NCBI GenBank assembly: GCA_963674865.2 | Contig: CAXXYE010000009.1 | Span: forward strand, 1,184,001 to 1,248,000 | Source: Candidatus Hydrogenedentota bacterium | Lineage (GTDB): Bacteria; Hydrogenedentota; Hydrogenedentia; Hydrogenedentales; SLHB01 | DNA length: 64,000 bases | Direction of reading: 5' to 3' | Part shown: positions 1-10,431 of the stretch, piece after piece | Position numbering within the stretch: position 1 is the stretch's first letter | Layout of the letters: each line of letters begins with the position of its first letter | Made by a program: the position numbers and the translations under genes | The notes under the pieces: generated by a model | Seen by the model: the letters and a program-made list of their open reading frames with translations, nothing else | Told to the model about the DNA's origin: nothing | Database searches by the model: none

Positions 1-349
1 CGCCCGCCAAGTGACGCGCCCGAAAAGGCCCTGGCCGGCGAGCAATCGCGACCACACTTTTCACGCTCTTGTCAGGTGATTGTACAGGAAAACGGGCAAA
101 TACGCAATCAGAACTACTCAGAATTGCTCAGGCACGGCCTGTGAGTCCAGGGCGTATGCAGGAATTCCGAGGGGATGTTTATGAGTGCCGGGCCGCCTGA
201 GGATGCATCCGGGCGGCATTGTGTAACAGCTTTGTTTCCCAGGCTGGCTCCCCGATGGGTCGAGTTCTCTTGCTGCGCCAAGGCGCTCCTTCTTTGCGTG
301 TTAGGGCGGGGCATGACGAGCGATGTAACCACCGAAGTAGGAGTTTCCG

Positions 350-377
350 TTGCGGTGCTTTGGCCGCGTGATATAAC
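350..377 (+). promoter_or_regulatory. Putative sigma70 promoter of the GAF histidine kinase
   Basis: TTGCGG-16 nt-TATAAC with TGn extended -10, 40 nt upstream of ATG 418. Confidence 0.4.
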
Positions 378-417
378 ATGCGTGGGTGCCCGCTGAGACA
401 TAAGTGGAGAATTCGGG

Positions 418-1677
418 ATGATGTTTGACGCTCGAAAGGACACCGCTTGGCTCTCGGATCTCTCGCCTACGGAGCTGCGGCGCATCGTGGATGGCCTATA
501 CCGGGTGCATCACCTGATCGCCGCCATTACCGACCTCAACGAACTGCTCGAACGCATCGTCGACGAGAGCAAACGGATCGCGTGCGCCGAGGGCAGTTCG
601 TTGATGCTGTACGATCCGGACGCGGAAGAGCTGTTTTTCCACGTTACTTTGGGAGAGTCGGGGGATCTGCAGGCCCTGAAGTGCCAGGTACGGCTCAAGC
701 TTGGCCAGGGAATTGCGGGAACCGCCGCAGCTAATCGCGAGATCATCAACGTCGATGACCCCGACAGGGATCCGCGCTTTTTCAAGGACGCCGACTCCAT
801 CACGCATTTTGAGACGCGGTCATTGCTCGCCGTCCCGCTTGTAGATCGTGAGAACCTGGTCGGCGTTCTCGAACTGGTGAACAAGGTCGGTGGCGCGGGC
901 TTCTCAGAGACTGATGTCCGCCTCATGGAGATGTTCTCGTCTCTGGCGGCGACGGCGATCGCCAATGCGAACCTGATCGCCGAAAACGTGCGCGCGGAAC
1001 GCCTCGCCGCCATTGGCCAGGCGGTGGCCAGTCTGTCCCACTACACCAAGAACCTCTTGACCACGGTGACGGGCAGTGCACAGTTGGTTGAGGAAGGGTT
1101 GGAAACCAACAATCTGAGCCTTCTTCGCGGCGGATGGCCCATCCTGCGTCGATGCACTGAGCGGATGTCCTATTTTGTTGGGGACATGCTCGCGTTCTCA
1201 AAGCCGCGGGTGCCCAACCTGACGCCGTGCTCTATCGACAACGTGCTCACGGATGCCGAGGCCACCTTCCGCTCCATGATGGCCCAGAAGGATGTCTCTA
1301 TCGAGGTGGATTCCAGCCTTGTCAACGGCCCCGTACAGGTGGACCCGGACGCGCTTTTCCGCGGTTTGCTCAACATCTTACTCAACGCGGGCGAAGCCGT
1401 TGCCGCGGAGACGGGAGCTATTCGCGTGGTGGCTGAAACACTTGAAGACGGCGCCTTGCGGATCGACGTCTCGGACAATGGCCCAGGTATTCCAGAAGGG
1501 CTGGAGGAGAAGGTCTTTGCTCCTTTCTTCTCGACGAAGGGCTCCAAGGGCACCGGGCTCGGCCTGGCGGTGGCCGCCAAGATCGTCGCGGAACATGGGG
1601 GCCGAATCACCGCCTCCAAGGCTTCCGAGGGCGGGGCGCTGTTCCGTATTACGCTGCCTCAGGGAGGCGCCGCCTGA
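418..1677 (+). CDS. Cytoplasmic GAF-domain sensor histidine kinase
   Basis: GAF (LGQGIAG, TRSLLAVPL, GVLELVNK); H-box SLSHYTKN, N-box LLNAGEA, DNGPGI, FFSTK, GTGLGL; no adjacent response regulator. Confidence 0.93.
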   Translation: MMFDARKDTAWLSDLSPTELRRIVDGLYRVHHLIAAITDLNELLERIVDESKRIACAEGSSLMLYDPDAEELFFHVTLGESGDLQALKCQVRLKLGQGIAGTAAANREIINVDDPDRDPRFFKDADSITHFETRSLLAVPLVDRENLVGVLELVNKVGGAGFSETDVRLMEMFSSLAATAIANANLIAENVRAERLAAIGQAVASLSHYTKNLLTTVTGSAQLVEEGLETNNLSLLRGGWPILRRCTERMSYFVGDMLAFSKPRVPNLTPCSIDNVLTDAEATFRSMMAQKDVSIEVDSSLVNGPVQVDPDALFRGLLNILLNAGEAVAAETGAIRVVAETLEDGALRIDVSDNGPGIPEGLEEKVFAPFFSTKGSKGTGLGLAVAAKIVAEHGGRITASKASEGGALFRITLPQGGAA

Positions 1678-1721
1678 GGAAGCGTGCCGGCGATAATGAG
1701 TCCAACAGAGAGGCAGACACG

Positions 1722-2681
1722 ATGATCGATTACCATGGAGTGGCCATCGAAGACGTGTGCGCTTGGCCGAATCTCACGATACTGGGCGATGGGGAGATTC
1801 TGGCCACGCTGTTCAACAAGCCCGCCCACGGCAGCGTGCCGGGCGACACGGACTGCTGGATTAGTGCCGATGGCGGTAGAATGTGGTCGAAGCGCAGTAC
1901 GGCGGTTGTGAGGCCGAACCAGCAGTCGGCCCGAATGAACTGGGCGGCGGGGCTCGCGGCGCACGGCGACTTCGTTGTGATCTGCGGAGGCTGGCACAGC
2001 CCGGGCGGCGATTCAAACCTTATGGCGCCCGTCATCCGCATTTCCCATGACGGAGGCCGTACATGGGACGATGAGATTCCTTTCCCGCCCGTTCCCAACG
2101 GCAATACCTGCGTGCCCTTCGGGGATATTCTCGCGGGGCAGGATGGCGCTCTGCGCGTCGCGTGCTATACGGCGGAGCCGAACGTCGCCTATATGTTACG
2201 CAGCGTGGACGGCGCGAAGACCTGGGGGCAACCCGTGACGATAGGGGAGGAGATCAACGAAGTCGCCCCAATCCACCTCGGCCAAGGCCGGTGGCTTGCT
2301 GCCGCGCGAACGGTTGAGGGCCAACACCTGCGCCTGTTTCGTTCGGAGGATGACGGTCAGTCGTGGCGCTGCGAAGGACGCGTCACGGAGGATTTCCAAC
2401 ACCCGGCCCACCTCCTGAGATTGGGCGACGGCCGCCTCTTGTTCACATACGGCGACCGGCGTCGGGGGCACATCGGTGTGGAGGCCAGACTGAGTTCCGA
2501 CGACGGGAGAACTTGGGGCGAGCCCCTTCGGTTGGCTGACTTCGTCGGGACGGATGTGGGTTATCCAAGCTGTGTGCAACGGGCCGATGGCAAGGTGGTC
2601 ACAGCCTACTATGCTGGCAAATCGCATCTTCTCGACCGCTACCACATGGCGGTTGTTATCTGGGCCCCGCCTGCGTCGTAG
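1722..2681 (+). CDS. BNR/Asp-box beta-propeller, sialidase-like protein
   Basis: Five Asp boxes: SADGGRMW, SHDGGRTW, SVDGAKTW, SEDDGQSW, SSDDGRTW; GYP near C-terminus. Confidence 0.85.
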   Translation: MIDYHGVAIEDVCAWPNLTILGDGEILATLFNKPAHGSVPGDTDCWISADGGRMWSKRSTAVVRPNQQSARMNWAAGLAAHGDFVVICGGWHSPGGDSNLMAPVIRISHDGGRTWDDEIPFPPVPNGNTCVPFGDILAGQDGALRVACYTAEPNVAYMLRSVDGAKTWGQPVTIGEEINEVAPIHLGQGRWLAAARTVEGQHLRLFRSEDDGQSWRCEGRVTEDFQHPAHLLRLGDGRLLFTYGDRRRGHIGVEARLSSDDGRTWGEPLRLADFVGTDVGYPSCVQRADGKVVTAYYAGKSHLLDRYHMAVVIWAPPAS

Positions 2682-2733
2682 AGGTCACTGCAATACGCGT
2701 GCAGTCATGCCATGCGCCTGTGAGGAAGGCGGG

Positions 2734-4149
2734 CTACATGTACTGGGCGACGACCGCGAGGCCGGTGGCCACACTTGTGAACGTGTCGCGCTGGAGAAGG
2801 CAGTCCTGCCCGTAGCGCTCCGTCAGCATGGCGCGAACAGCGGGGACTAGGCTCGTGCCGCCCGTCGTGAGCACGCAATCAATATCCTCGGGGCGCACTT
2901 GGGCGGCCTCCTCCGCCTCGACGATGCTTTGCAGCATTCTCTCCAGCACGTGCTCGATGATGTGGGCGAATTCGCCGCGTTCCAGCCGCTCACGGACACA
3001 GATGTCCTCTGCGTCGAAAGCGATGGTGGCTTCGGACTCGAAGGAGAGTTCTTTCTTGGCGGCCTCAACGCGCCGGGTGAGCGGGTAGCCGTAGTTGCGC
3101 TGGATAAGCGAGCGCAAGGCCCGGATGGCGGCGGGATCATCGCAACTTACCTCGCTGGCGATGAGCCAGTTGATGATCTCCTCCGTGTTGAGCTTATATA
3201 GGTTTTGCCAATCAGCGATCTTACTCAGGATGTTCTGCGGCATGGGAAGCTTGGCCGGGCCATAGCGTACCTCACTGCCGAAGCACGGGAACACCCTGGC
3301 GCGGATGATCTCGCGATCGATCACGTCCCCGGCCACCGGGACCCCCGCGACGCCCAGAATACGGCTCTCGGATAGACGGGCGGATGCCTCGCGGGCGCCT
3401 CCGAATTCCATTACGCACACATCGCAGGTGCCGCCGCCGATATCAACGACCATCATCCGCTGCTTCCGTTCGGTGCCAATGGCGTATTCGACGCAGGCGG
3501 CCACGGGCTCGTAGAAGAACATGACCTCTTTGAAACCAGCCAGATTGGCGGCCACGCGGAGGCGTCGTTCGGCTACGGCGTCCTCTTCGGGGTCATCCGA
3601 AAAACGCACCGGGCGGCCGAAGACGGCGGTTTCCACGCTGCCGTCCGCTGCCTCATCTACCGCGGCCTTCATGCGTGCCAGTACCATGGCGGTAAGCTCT
3701 TCAATCTGGTAGAGCTGTCCGAAGACCTCAGTGCCGCGAAACATGCGATAGCGCAGGGAACTCTTGAGCGATTGGAACAAGCGCCCGGGGGCATTGGCTT
3801 CGACAACGGCGCGTGCTCGAACGGCCTCCCGGGGGGCCTCGTCCTCGAAATCGGGGCGGCGGTAACTCTCGGACTTGTCTGGCTCCGAGGCGACATAGCC
3901 TTCGATGGTGATGTCCAACTCAACGTTCTCGAGGATGACCTCCCGGCCCACGTTTCGATCGATGAAAGCGTTTGCCGCCGCGCGGCCTACGAGTTGTTCG
4001 CCATCGCGAGACAGGTACAGCAGTGATGGCAAGGAAGTGGGGTTATCGTTATCGCTGTCGAGCGGCAAGACACGCGCGTGCTGTCCGTCGGATACCGCTA
4101 CGCTTGAGTTGGTCGTGCCGAAATCGAGTCCGCAAAACAGTCTGGCCAC
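2734..4149 (-). CDS. Hsp70-family protein (YegD-like)
   Basis: GLDFGTTNS, GRPVRF, EPVAA, VDIGGGTCD, LTTGGTSLVP; lacks a DnaK substrate-binding domain; GTG start. Confidence 0.9.
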   Translation of the reverse strand: MARLFCGLDFGTTNSSVAVSDGQHARVLPLDSDNDNPTSLPSLLYLSRDGEQLVGRAAANAFIDRNVGREVILENVELDITIEGYVASEPDKSESYRRPDFEDEAPREAVRARAVVEANAPGRLFQSLKSSLRYRMFRGTEVFGQLYQIEELTAMVLARMKAAVDEAADGSVETAVFGRPVRFSDDPEEDAVAERRLRVAANLAGFKEVMFFYEPVAACVEYAIGTERKQRMMVVDIGGGTCDVCVMEFGGAREASARLSESRILGVAGVPVAGDVIDREIIRARVFPCFGSEVRYGPAKLPMPQNILSKIADWQNLYKLNTEEIINWLIASEVSCDDPAAIRALRSLIQRNYGYPLTRRVEAAKKELSFESEATIAFDAEDICVRERLERGEFAHIIEHVLERMLQSIVEAEEAAQVRPEDIDCVLTTGGTSLVPAVRAMLTERYGQDCLLQRDTFTSVATGLAVVAQYM

Positions 4150-4322
4150 AGTGCTATTCCAACTTGGTCCTTATTCGTCCAGATGTGAGTTAAACCCCTG
4201 CCGAGTAATGACTTAAGTAAGTCTCGGCGAGTCAGATCTGCGAAGTATATCACGGTGTGGCCCCCGTTGCAAATCGCTTGAAGGCGGCCCGCTTTCCAAG
4301 CTCAAACTGTGCGCACCTGCTC

Positions 4323-4352
4323 TTGACTGGCATGAAGTCGCTACGGTATGAT
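4323..4352 (+). promoter_or_regulatory. Putative sigma70 promoter of the ABC ATPase
   Basis: TTGACT-18 nt-TATGAT; GGAGG RBS before ATG 4427. Confidence 0.5.
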
Positions 4353-4426
4353 TGCAAATCTGCGGGGAGGGCTATGTTCACGCAAAGGCTCGCGTTATGC
4401 GGGCTATTCTGGGAGGCTGAAGTTCC

Positions 4427-5533
4427 ATGGCACGAGTCGAACTCAAGAATGTTAACAAGGTGTATCCGGGCGGGGTAGAGGCTGTGAAGGATGCGACCCT
4501 CACGGTCGAGGATAAGGAGTTCGTTGTCCTTGTCGGGCCTTCGGGATGCGGAAAGTCTACCACGCTGCGGATGATCGCCGGCCTTGAAGAGATCTCGCGA
4601 GGCGACATCTACATCGGAGACAACCTGGTCAATGACGTGCCCCCAAAAAACCGCGACATTGCCATGGTATTCCAGAACTACGCCTTGTATCCCCACATGA
4701 CTGTCTTCAAGAACATGGCGTTCGGCCTGATTCTTCGGAAGTACCCGAAGGAAGAGATCCAGACGCGGGTCCGCCAGGCCGCGCAGATCCTAGGTATTGA
4801 GCGCCTGCTCGACCGTAAGCCCAAGGCGTTGTCGGGCGGTGAGCGCCAGCGCGTCGCCGTCGGCCGCGCCATTGTCCGTCAACCCAAGGTATTCCTGTTC
4901 GACGAACCTCTGTCGAACCTGGACGCCAAGCTCCGCGTGCAGATGCGGGCGGAGATCAGCAAACTGCACACGCGGCTTCAGTCCACAATGATCTACGTCA
5001 CGCACGATCAGGTTGAAGCGATGACGATGGGGGACCGCATCGTCGTCATGCTCGATGGCGTCATCCAGCAGATTGCCCCACCGCTCAAGCTATACCGGAA
5101 TCCGGCCAACCGGTTTGTGGCGGGCTTCATCGGCAGTCCACCAATGAATTTCACCAATGGAAAGATTGTGGGCGAGAACGGGCAGATGTATTTCCGCGAC
5201 AACGGCAACGGGATGAGCCTTCTGGTGGACGAGAAACACCGGGATGCGCTCCAGCCGTACCTGGACAAAGAAGTTATTTTCGGTATTCGCCCGGAGAACA
5301 TGCTTGAGAATGAAACTCAGCAAGCCACGCCCGGCGTCAGCATTACGGCCAACGTCGAGGTGGTGGAACCCATGGGTTCGGAGCTCTACCTTTACTTGGC
5401 AGTGGGCGGCAAGACGTTTACGGCCCGGATCAATACGGATCGGGAACCCACGGTCAATCAGTCCCACGTGCTGGACATCGAGATGGATCACGCTCACTAC
5501 TTCGATTTGGATTCAGAAGTCTCGATTGTCTGA
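4427..5533 (+). CDS. Sugar ABC transporter ATP-binding protein (MalK/UgpC/MsmX type), stand-alone
   Basis: GPSGCGKS, VFQNYALYPHM, LSGGERQR, FDEPLSNLD, YVTHDQ, C-terminal TOBE region. Confidence 0.95.
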   Translation: MARVELKNVNKVYPGGVEAVKDATLTVEDKEFVVLVGPSGCGKSTTLRMIAGLEEISRGDIYIGDNLVNDVPPKNRDIAMVFQNYALYPHMTVFKNMAFGLILRKYPKEEIQTRVRQAAQILGIERLLDRKPKALSGGERQRVAVGRAIVRQPKVFLFDEPLSNLDAKLRVQMRAEISKLHTRLQSTMIYVTHDQVEAMTMGDRIVVMLDGVIQQIAPPLKLYRNPANRFVAGFIGSPPMNFTNGKIVGENGQMYFRDNGNGMSLLVDEKHRDALQPYLDKEVIFGIRPENMLENETQQATPGVSITANVEVVEPMGSELYLYLAVGGKTFTARINTDREPTVNQSHVLDIEMDHAHYFDLDSEVSIV

Positions 5534-5559
5534 TCTCCTCCTTCATCAACGAACTGAGC

Positions 5560-5591
5560 AAAGGCGCGCTACCCTTTGGCGCGCCTTTTTT
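5560..5591 (+). terminator. Rho-independent terminator
   Basis: AAAGGCGCGC-9 nt loop-GCGCGCCTTT followed by T-run. Confidence 0.8.
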
Positions 5592-5610
5592 GTCTAGGCG
5601 GGACGACAGC

Positions 5611-6784
5611 ATGAGCATTGACCTTACAGCAGCTAAAAGGCAGTTCGAGGAGCATTTTGGCGCGCCGCCCGGTGTGATCGCTCGAGCTCCCGGGCGGGTG
5701 AATATCATCGGTGAGCACACGGATTACAACGAAGGCTTCGTGCTCCCCATGGCCATCGAGCGAGAGACGGCGCTCATTGCTCGTCTGCGGGATGACGGGC
5801 TTCTCAACGTCTACGCCGCCAATCTCGAGCGGGCCGCACAGATGGAACTCACGTGTCTGGAGCGCCACCCCCGAAGAGCCATGGATAGACTATGTCGTGG
5901 GTGTCGCTCGTGAGCTTGAGCGGATGGACAAGGCGCTTGCAGGGGCCGATGTGATGATTGTCGGCGACGTACCTATCGGGGCGGGCTTGAGTAGCTCCGC
6001 GAGTCTTGAAATGGCGGCCGTCGTTCTTTTCGAGAGCCTTGGAGGCTATTCGCTTCCGGGGCCCGAGGCGGCCTCCCTCGGCAAACGCGTCGAAAACGAG
6101 TTCCTCGGCGTCAATAGCGGTATCATGGATCAGTTCATTGCCCGTATGGGCCGGGAAGGGCACGCGCTGTTTCTGGACTGCCGCACCTACGTGTTCGAGC
6201 TTATCCCGGTAGCCTTTCCAGACGCGACCTTTGTCATTGCGGACACGGGGGTTACGCGCGGACTGACCGCCTCGAAATACAATGAACGCGTGGCGGAGTG
6301 TCAGGCCGCGGTTGAAGCCTTGCGAACCGCCCTCGGGCGTGAGAAGGCTACTCATCTCCGAGATTTCACGATCGCGGACCTCGAGGCGTGTGCGGGAGCC
6401 GTCCCTGAGACGCCCTTCCGGCGGGCGCGCCACATCTTGACAGAGAACGACCGGACCCAGTCGGCCTGCCGGGCAATGCGAGAAGGTGACGCCAAGACTC
6501 TTGGCGAGTTGATGAACGCTTCCCATTGGAGCTTGGCCGATGATTACGAGGTCACGTGTGCAGAACTCGACGCAATGACGGAGATTGCGCGGGGACTCCC
6601 GGGGTGTTTGGGAGCCCGCATGACGGGGGCCGGGTTCGGTGGGTGCACGGTACACCTTGTCTCCCGGGAAGCAGTTGAGGGCTTCGCCCGGAAGCTGCTG
6701 ACGGCCTACAGGGAGCGTACCGGCCTCGAGGGAAGCGTCATCGTGTCGGCTCCAGGACGCGGGGCTTCTGCCGTTCCCTGCTAG
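5611..6784 (+). pseudogene. galK: Galactokinase with one +1 frameshift in the C5 run at 5868-5872 (probably a sequencing error)
   Basis: APGRVNIIGEHTDYN in the first frame; PIGAGLSSSAS, SGIMDQ, GARMTGAGFGG in the next; removing one C joins ERHP to EEPWIDY. Confidence 0.88.
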
Positions 6785-6983
6785 AAGGCCGTTTGACTCG
6801 GGGCGTGTCCCTTTGACCGACCTCTTATTTCCTCTTCGTCTCAGCATGTCCTTTCCGCATTTAGTGACCGTAGAGACCCCTTATCTTGACCTATATGCGT
6901 ATTTTTACGCACCCTTGGCGTCTAGATTGGAAATTTGTAAGTATTTATGCATAAGGGATTTATAGTTTCTTTAGGATATTGCG

Positions 6984-7012
6984 TTGCAATTTTGCGCAAC
7001 TTGTGGCATAAT
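6984..7012 (+). promoter_or_regulatory. Putative sigma70 promoter of the pilin-like operon
   Basis: TTGCAA-17 nt-CATAAT with TGn, within an AT-rich intergenic region. Confidence 0.55.
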
Positions 7013-7072
7013 CGCCAGTGGCAAAGGGCATATGGGCATTGCCATTGTCGTGGCCCGGAGACACAACGAACA

Positions 7073-7480
7073 ATGAAACGAGATCATCGACAAGCAGGCG
7101 TGACCCTGCTCGAACTAACGGTTGCCATGGCGCTCCTGGCCGCCATCCTTGCCGGGGCGGCGCAGGCCCTCATCTCGTATTACGAGGGGATGACGATGCA
7201 GAAAGAGCGCGTGGCCGCGACGGAGAACTGCCGGGCCGTGCTTAGTGCCATGAGGGACACTCGTGACGCGAACCAGGGCAGTTTCCCCGAGGCCATCACT
7301 TCGCAGTTTCCTGATGGCGGCACGGTGTCCGGCACCACCACACTCGACAATGAGCAGGTTACCGTAGACTACATCGGCACCATCGGCAATCCGCTCGAGG
7401 TGCGGGTCACCAGTCAGTGGCCGACGTTGAGAAACCGGCCTATGTCAGTGTCCGTGAGCACGGTTCTGACGGATCGCTAG
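7073..7480 (+). CDS. Prepilin-type (PilV/GspI-like) minor pilin
   Basis: Class III signal RQAG|VTLLEL followed by hydrophobic helix; ATG 7073 lies downstream of the predicted promoter. Confidence 0.85.
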   Translation: MKRDHRQAGVTLLELTVAMALLAAILAGAAQALISYYEGMTMQKERVAATENCRAVLSAMRDTRDANQGSFPEAITSQFPDGGTVSGTTTLDNEQVTVDYIGTIGNPLEVRVTSQWPTLRNRPMSVSVSTVLTDR

Positions 7481-7491
7481 GGGAGACGCAC

Positions 7492-8127
7492 ATGAGAGCC
7501 CAAGGGTTCACGCTAATTGAAGTCCTGATCGCTTCGGCGCTGCTGGTTTTCGTGCTGGCGCTGTGCCTCGTGGCTGTTCGGACGACGGCGCTCTCAATGG
7601 CCGTGGCGGACGCAAGCGCGGTCGTTCAGGACAACGTGCGGGCCGCCATGGACGTCATGACCAAGGAGATCGAATTGGCCGCGAAGACGACGGACAGTTC
7701 GCTTACCCCTCCTTTGCAGGCGCTCACGATCGTGACCAACCCGGCCGAAGATAGTCCGGTCGAGGTGGTCTTCCAGATCCCAACGGATGGCACGGCTCAG
7801 AACTGGTCGTCACCCATCAGGTACCGCTATATCTGCGAGGACGACAATGACAATGGCCTCCTCGAGGAGGATGAAGATACCGATGGCGATGGCACTCTGA
7901 TGCGCCGTATCGTTCGCATCCAGGATATGAACAGCGACGGGGATACGCAGGATTTGGGTGAAGTGACTCCCGTAGGCGGAGCCAACGACCTGAGCGACGT
8001 GCAGTTCACGCTCAACGCCAACAACAGTGTACTCACCATGACGCTCACGGCCAGCCGGCGCGTGAAGGGCCTCCAGGGCGACCCAATTACGACTTCCGTG
8101 ACGAGCAAGGTCTATCTGCTCAACTAG
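7492..8127 (+). CDS. Prepilin-type (PilW/GspJ-like) minor pilin
   Basis: MRAQG|FTLIEVL; acidic DxDxNG/DxDGDG loops; GGGAG RBS. Confidence 0.85.
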   Translation: MRAQGFTLIEVLIASALLVFVLALCLVAVRTTALSMAVADASAVVQDNVRAAMDVMTKEIELAAKTTDSSLTPPLQALTIVTNPAEDSPVEVVFQIPTDGTAQNWSSPIRYRYICEDDNDNGLLEEDEDTDGDGTLMRRIVRIQDMNSDGDTQDLGEVTPVGGANDLSDVQFTLNANNSVLTMTLTASRRVKGLQGDPITTSVTSKVYLLN

Positions 8128-8162
8128 CGGTTCTGGGTTCGACCAGCGAAAGGGCAAGATCC

Positions 8163-10415
8163 ATGAAACGACACGATCAAGAGGGTATTGCGCTTCTCTT
8201 CGTTCTTCTGATTGCTATCGTTGTGCTGGGCGCTATCGGCGTGACGGTGAGCCAGACGATGAGCGCGCACCGCTTTTCCTCGATCACCGTCGATCGTACT
8301 CAGTTGAATGAGGTGTGCCAGGCCGGCATTGACCTGGGCATCGAGCGGATCTGGCATCAGTACATCGTCGGAAATGGGAACACGACGGGCAACCTCGCCT
8401 CGTACCTTGTCTTTATCGATGACATTGTGCCGAACAACGAGGATCTCAACGGAAACGGCCAGCAAGATGAAAATGAGCACGATTTCAATGGCGATGGCGA
8501 TTTCGACAGCAATGATCCTGTCGAACTGGTTTCTGATACGGATCCGTATGAACTCGACTCAGGTGGCGTTATCGAGAAACTTGTCCTTGCGCGCACCGAT
8601 GATGTGACGGGCACTACACTCACCCTGACGGTGACGGGCGTGGTGGGGGACCAGACCCGAAGCGGTAGCCAGACGATGCGGATTTCGGGTGCACCCTTCG
8701 CGGGTTTTGCCTTTGCCGTCCTCGCCAACAACATCAACTGTATTCTGTGTCATGCCGAGTTCCAGTCGCTTGACGTGTACCGGAATGCGGATACCGAGCT
8801 TTACGGATCGTTCGACCGAATCAAGGTGGCCTCCCTGGAGTCGCTCATGATTCGCACGAGTGAGGATATTGACTCGCATACGGCGGGCACCGTCTACACG
8901 CGCGGCGAGGTATACAATCAGGCGGGCACCCAGTTCACGAGTTCTACGCTCGCCTCGTCCACGCTGAAGAGCTATGCCTTCAGCTCCGATGACGGCAAAA
9001 TCACGCAAGACGGCAGCACGGGTGAGATGGCCGAAGTGTCTCTCGATGTGGCCGGAACGGACAGCGAGGGGCTGCTCGATCAGTTTGCCAACCTCTACCT
9101 CAATTATCCGGAAGACTCCGACTTGATGACGGATGGGGAATTGCCTACTTCATTTCCCGCGCCGTATCCCGATGATGATGAGGATCGCTATGTCGATGAC
9201 AGCGAGTTCGCGCAAATCGTCAACAGTGCCGGCGGAACGATTACTTCAGGCGTAGCGTATGGCGTGCCCGACGGAACCACCTATTCGGGGACCTCACTTC
9301 CCACCGCCTCGAATTCCGCGCTGGCCGGTCTTGCCGACGGCTCCTACGACGGGAACGTCATCCTCGTAGGCACCGAGAATGACCCGATCACGATTGACGG
9401 TAAGGTGGCCATCGACGGCGACCTGGTTGTGTCCGGCTTCGTCAAGGGCAAGGGGCAATTGCAGGTGCGGGGCAACGTGTACGTTGTGGGTGATGTTACC
9501 TACGCCGACGCATCCGGCGAGTTCGGAGTGGCCAGCGACGGCACCACGAACGCCCTCGCCGTCTCGGCGGGTGGCAGTATCCTGATGGGCGATTATCTCA
9601 CCATACGAGCCAAGGAGAACGAAGGTTATAGGAGTTCTTCGAATTCGGCAAGCAAGTTCATCGACACGCGCAGCGAGACGAACATTGTCACCTGTAGTGA
9701 TGGAACAACCAAAGACATCGGGTATTTTGCCGAGGGCGTTTCGGATCCGGGATGGAGCATGACGACCTCGACGACCTCGACAACCACGGTAGGATTTGGC
9801 CCTTGGAAGCGCACCATTACCACGACTTCCACAACAGGCGAAGATATGTGCAGTTTCACCACCTCGGAACTCATGCTATTCAACGCAATGGAGCATGAAA
9901 GGGCCGCCGCGGACTCGTCGTATACACCTCGCTACTACCGTATCCGGCCGACTCAGCCCATCTATGAATACACCGGTGCCGGCGAGCACACCACCTCGTA
10001 TGACTGTACGGATGTATCCATCATTACGGACCTGTCAAGTGCTACGATTCTCGACCTTAGTCCTGATGACTACTGGATCTCGGAGGATCAGTTGCGCCAG
10101 ATCTGGTGGGATGATGAGATGACACGTCCTGACAGCGGGCGCCCCTTCCAGTTTGACGGGCTGTTGTATTCGAACAACTGCATCTTCGGACTGACGCGGA
10201 GCAAAGACCGGCACAAGTCCAATACCTATGGCCAGATGACTATTCGAGGCGCCATCGTGGCGGCCGACTTGGGCATGTTGGTGCCGGGCAAAGACTTCAG
10301 TACCGTGCGAGACGCATTGTGCCTTTACTACGACAAGCGCGTCGCGGACTTCTTAACCGTTGAGGATACGACGGAAGTAGTCTTCACGCGGCTGACCTAT
10401 ATGGACGAAGGCTGA
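8163..10415 (+). CDS. Large PilX/GspK-like pilin-associated protein (750 aa)
   Basis: QEG|IALLFVLL lacking Glu5, as in PilX/GspK; AGID motif after helix; acidic Ser/Thr-rich body. Confidence 0.7.
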   Translation: MKRHDQEGIALLFVLLIAIVVLGAIGVTVSQTMSAHRFSSITVDRTQLNEVCQAGIDLGIERIWHQYIVGNGNTTGNLASYLVFIDDIVPNNEDLNGNGQQDENEHDFNGDGDFDSNDPVELVSDTDPYELDSGGVIEKLVLARTDDVTGTTLTLTVTGVVGDQTRSGSQTMRISGAPFAGFAFAVLANNINCILCHAEFQSLDVYRNADTELYGSFDRIKVASLESLMIRTSEDIDSHTAGTVYTRGEVYNQAGTQFTSSTLASSTLKSYAFSSDDGKITQDGSTGEMAEVSLDVAGTDSEGLLDQFANLYLNYPEDSDLMTDGELPTSFPAPYPDDDEDRYVDDSEFAQIVNSAGGTITSGVAYGVPDGTTYSGTSLPTASNSALAGLADGSYDGNVILVGTENDPITIDGKVAIDGDLVVSGFVKGKGQLQVRGNVYVVGDVTYADASGEFGVASDGTTNALAVSAGGSILMGDYLTIRAKENEGYRSSSNSASKFIDTRSETNIVTCSDGTTKDIGYFAEGVSDPGWSMTTSTTSTTTVGFGPWKRTITTTSTTGEDMCSFTTSELMLFNAMEHERAAADSSYTPRYYRIRPTQPIYEYTGAGEHTTSYDCTDVSIITDLSSATILDLSPDDYWISEDQLRQIWWDDEMTRPDSGRPFQFDGLLYSNNCIFGLTRSKDRHKSNTYGQMTIRGAIVAADLGMLVPGKDFSTVRDALCLYYDKRVADFLTVEDTTEVVFTRLTYMDEG

Positions 10416-10431
10416 ACAGGGAGACGGACTA

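Noticed and set aside
1..417. Short ORFs or ncRNA at the window start
   Set aside because: No recognisable motifs; a truncated minus-strand gene start near 64 cannot be supported
6915..7048. Sigma54 promoter for the pilin genes
   Set aside because: Candidate GG-N10 sites end in GG or GT rather than GC; a good sigma70 match exists
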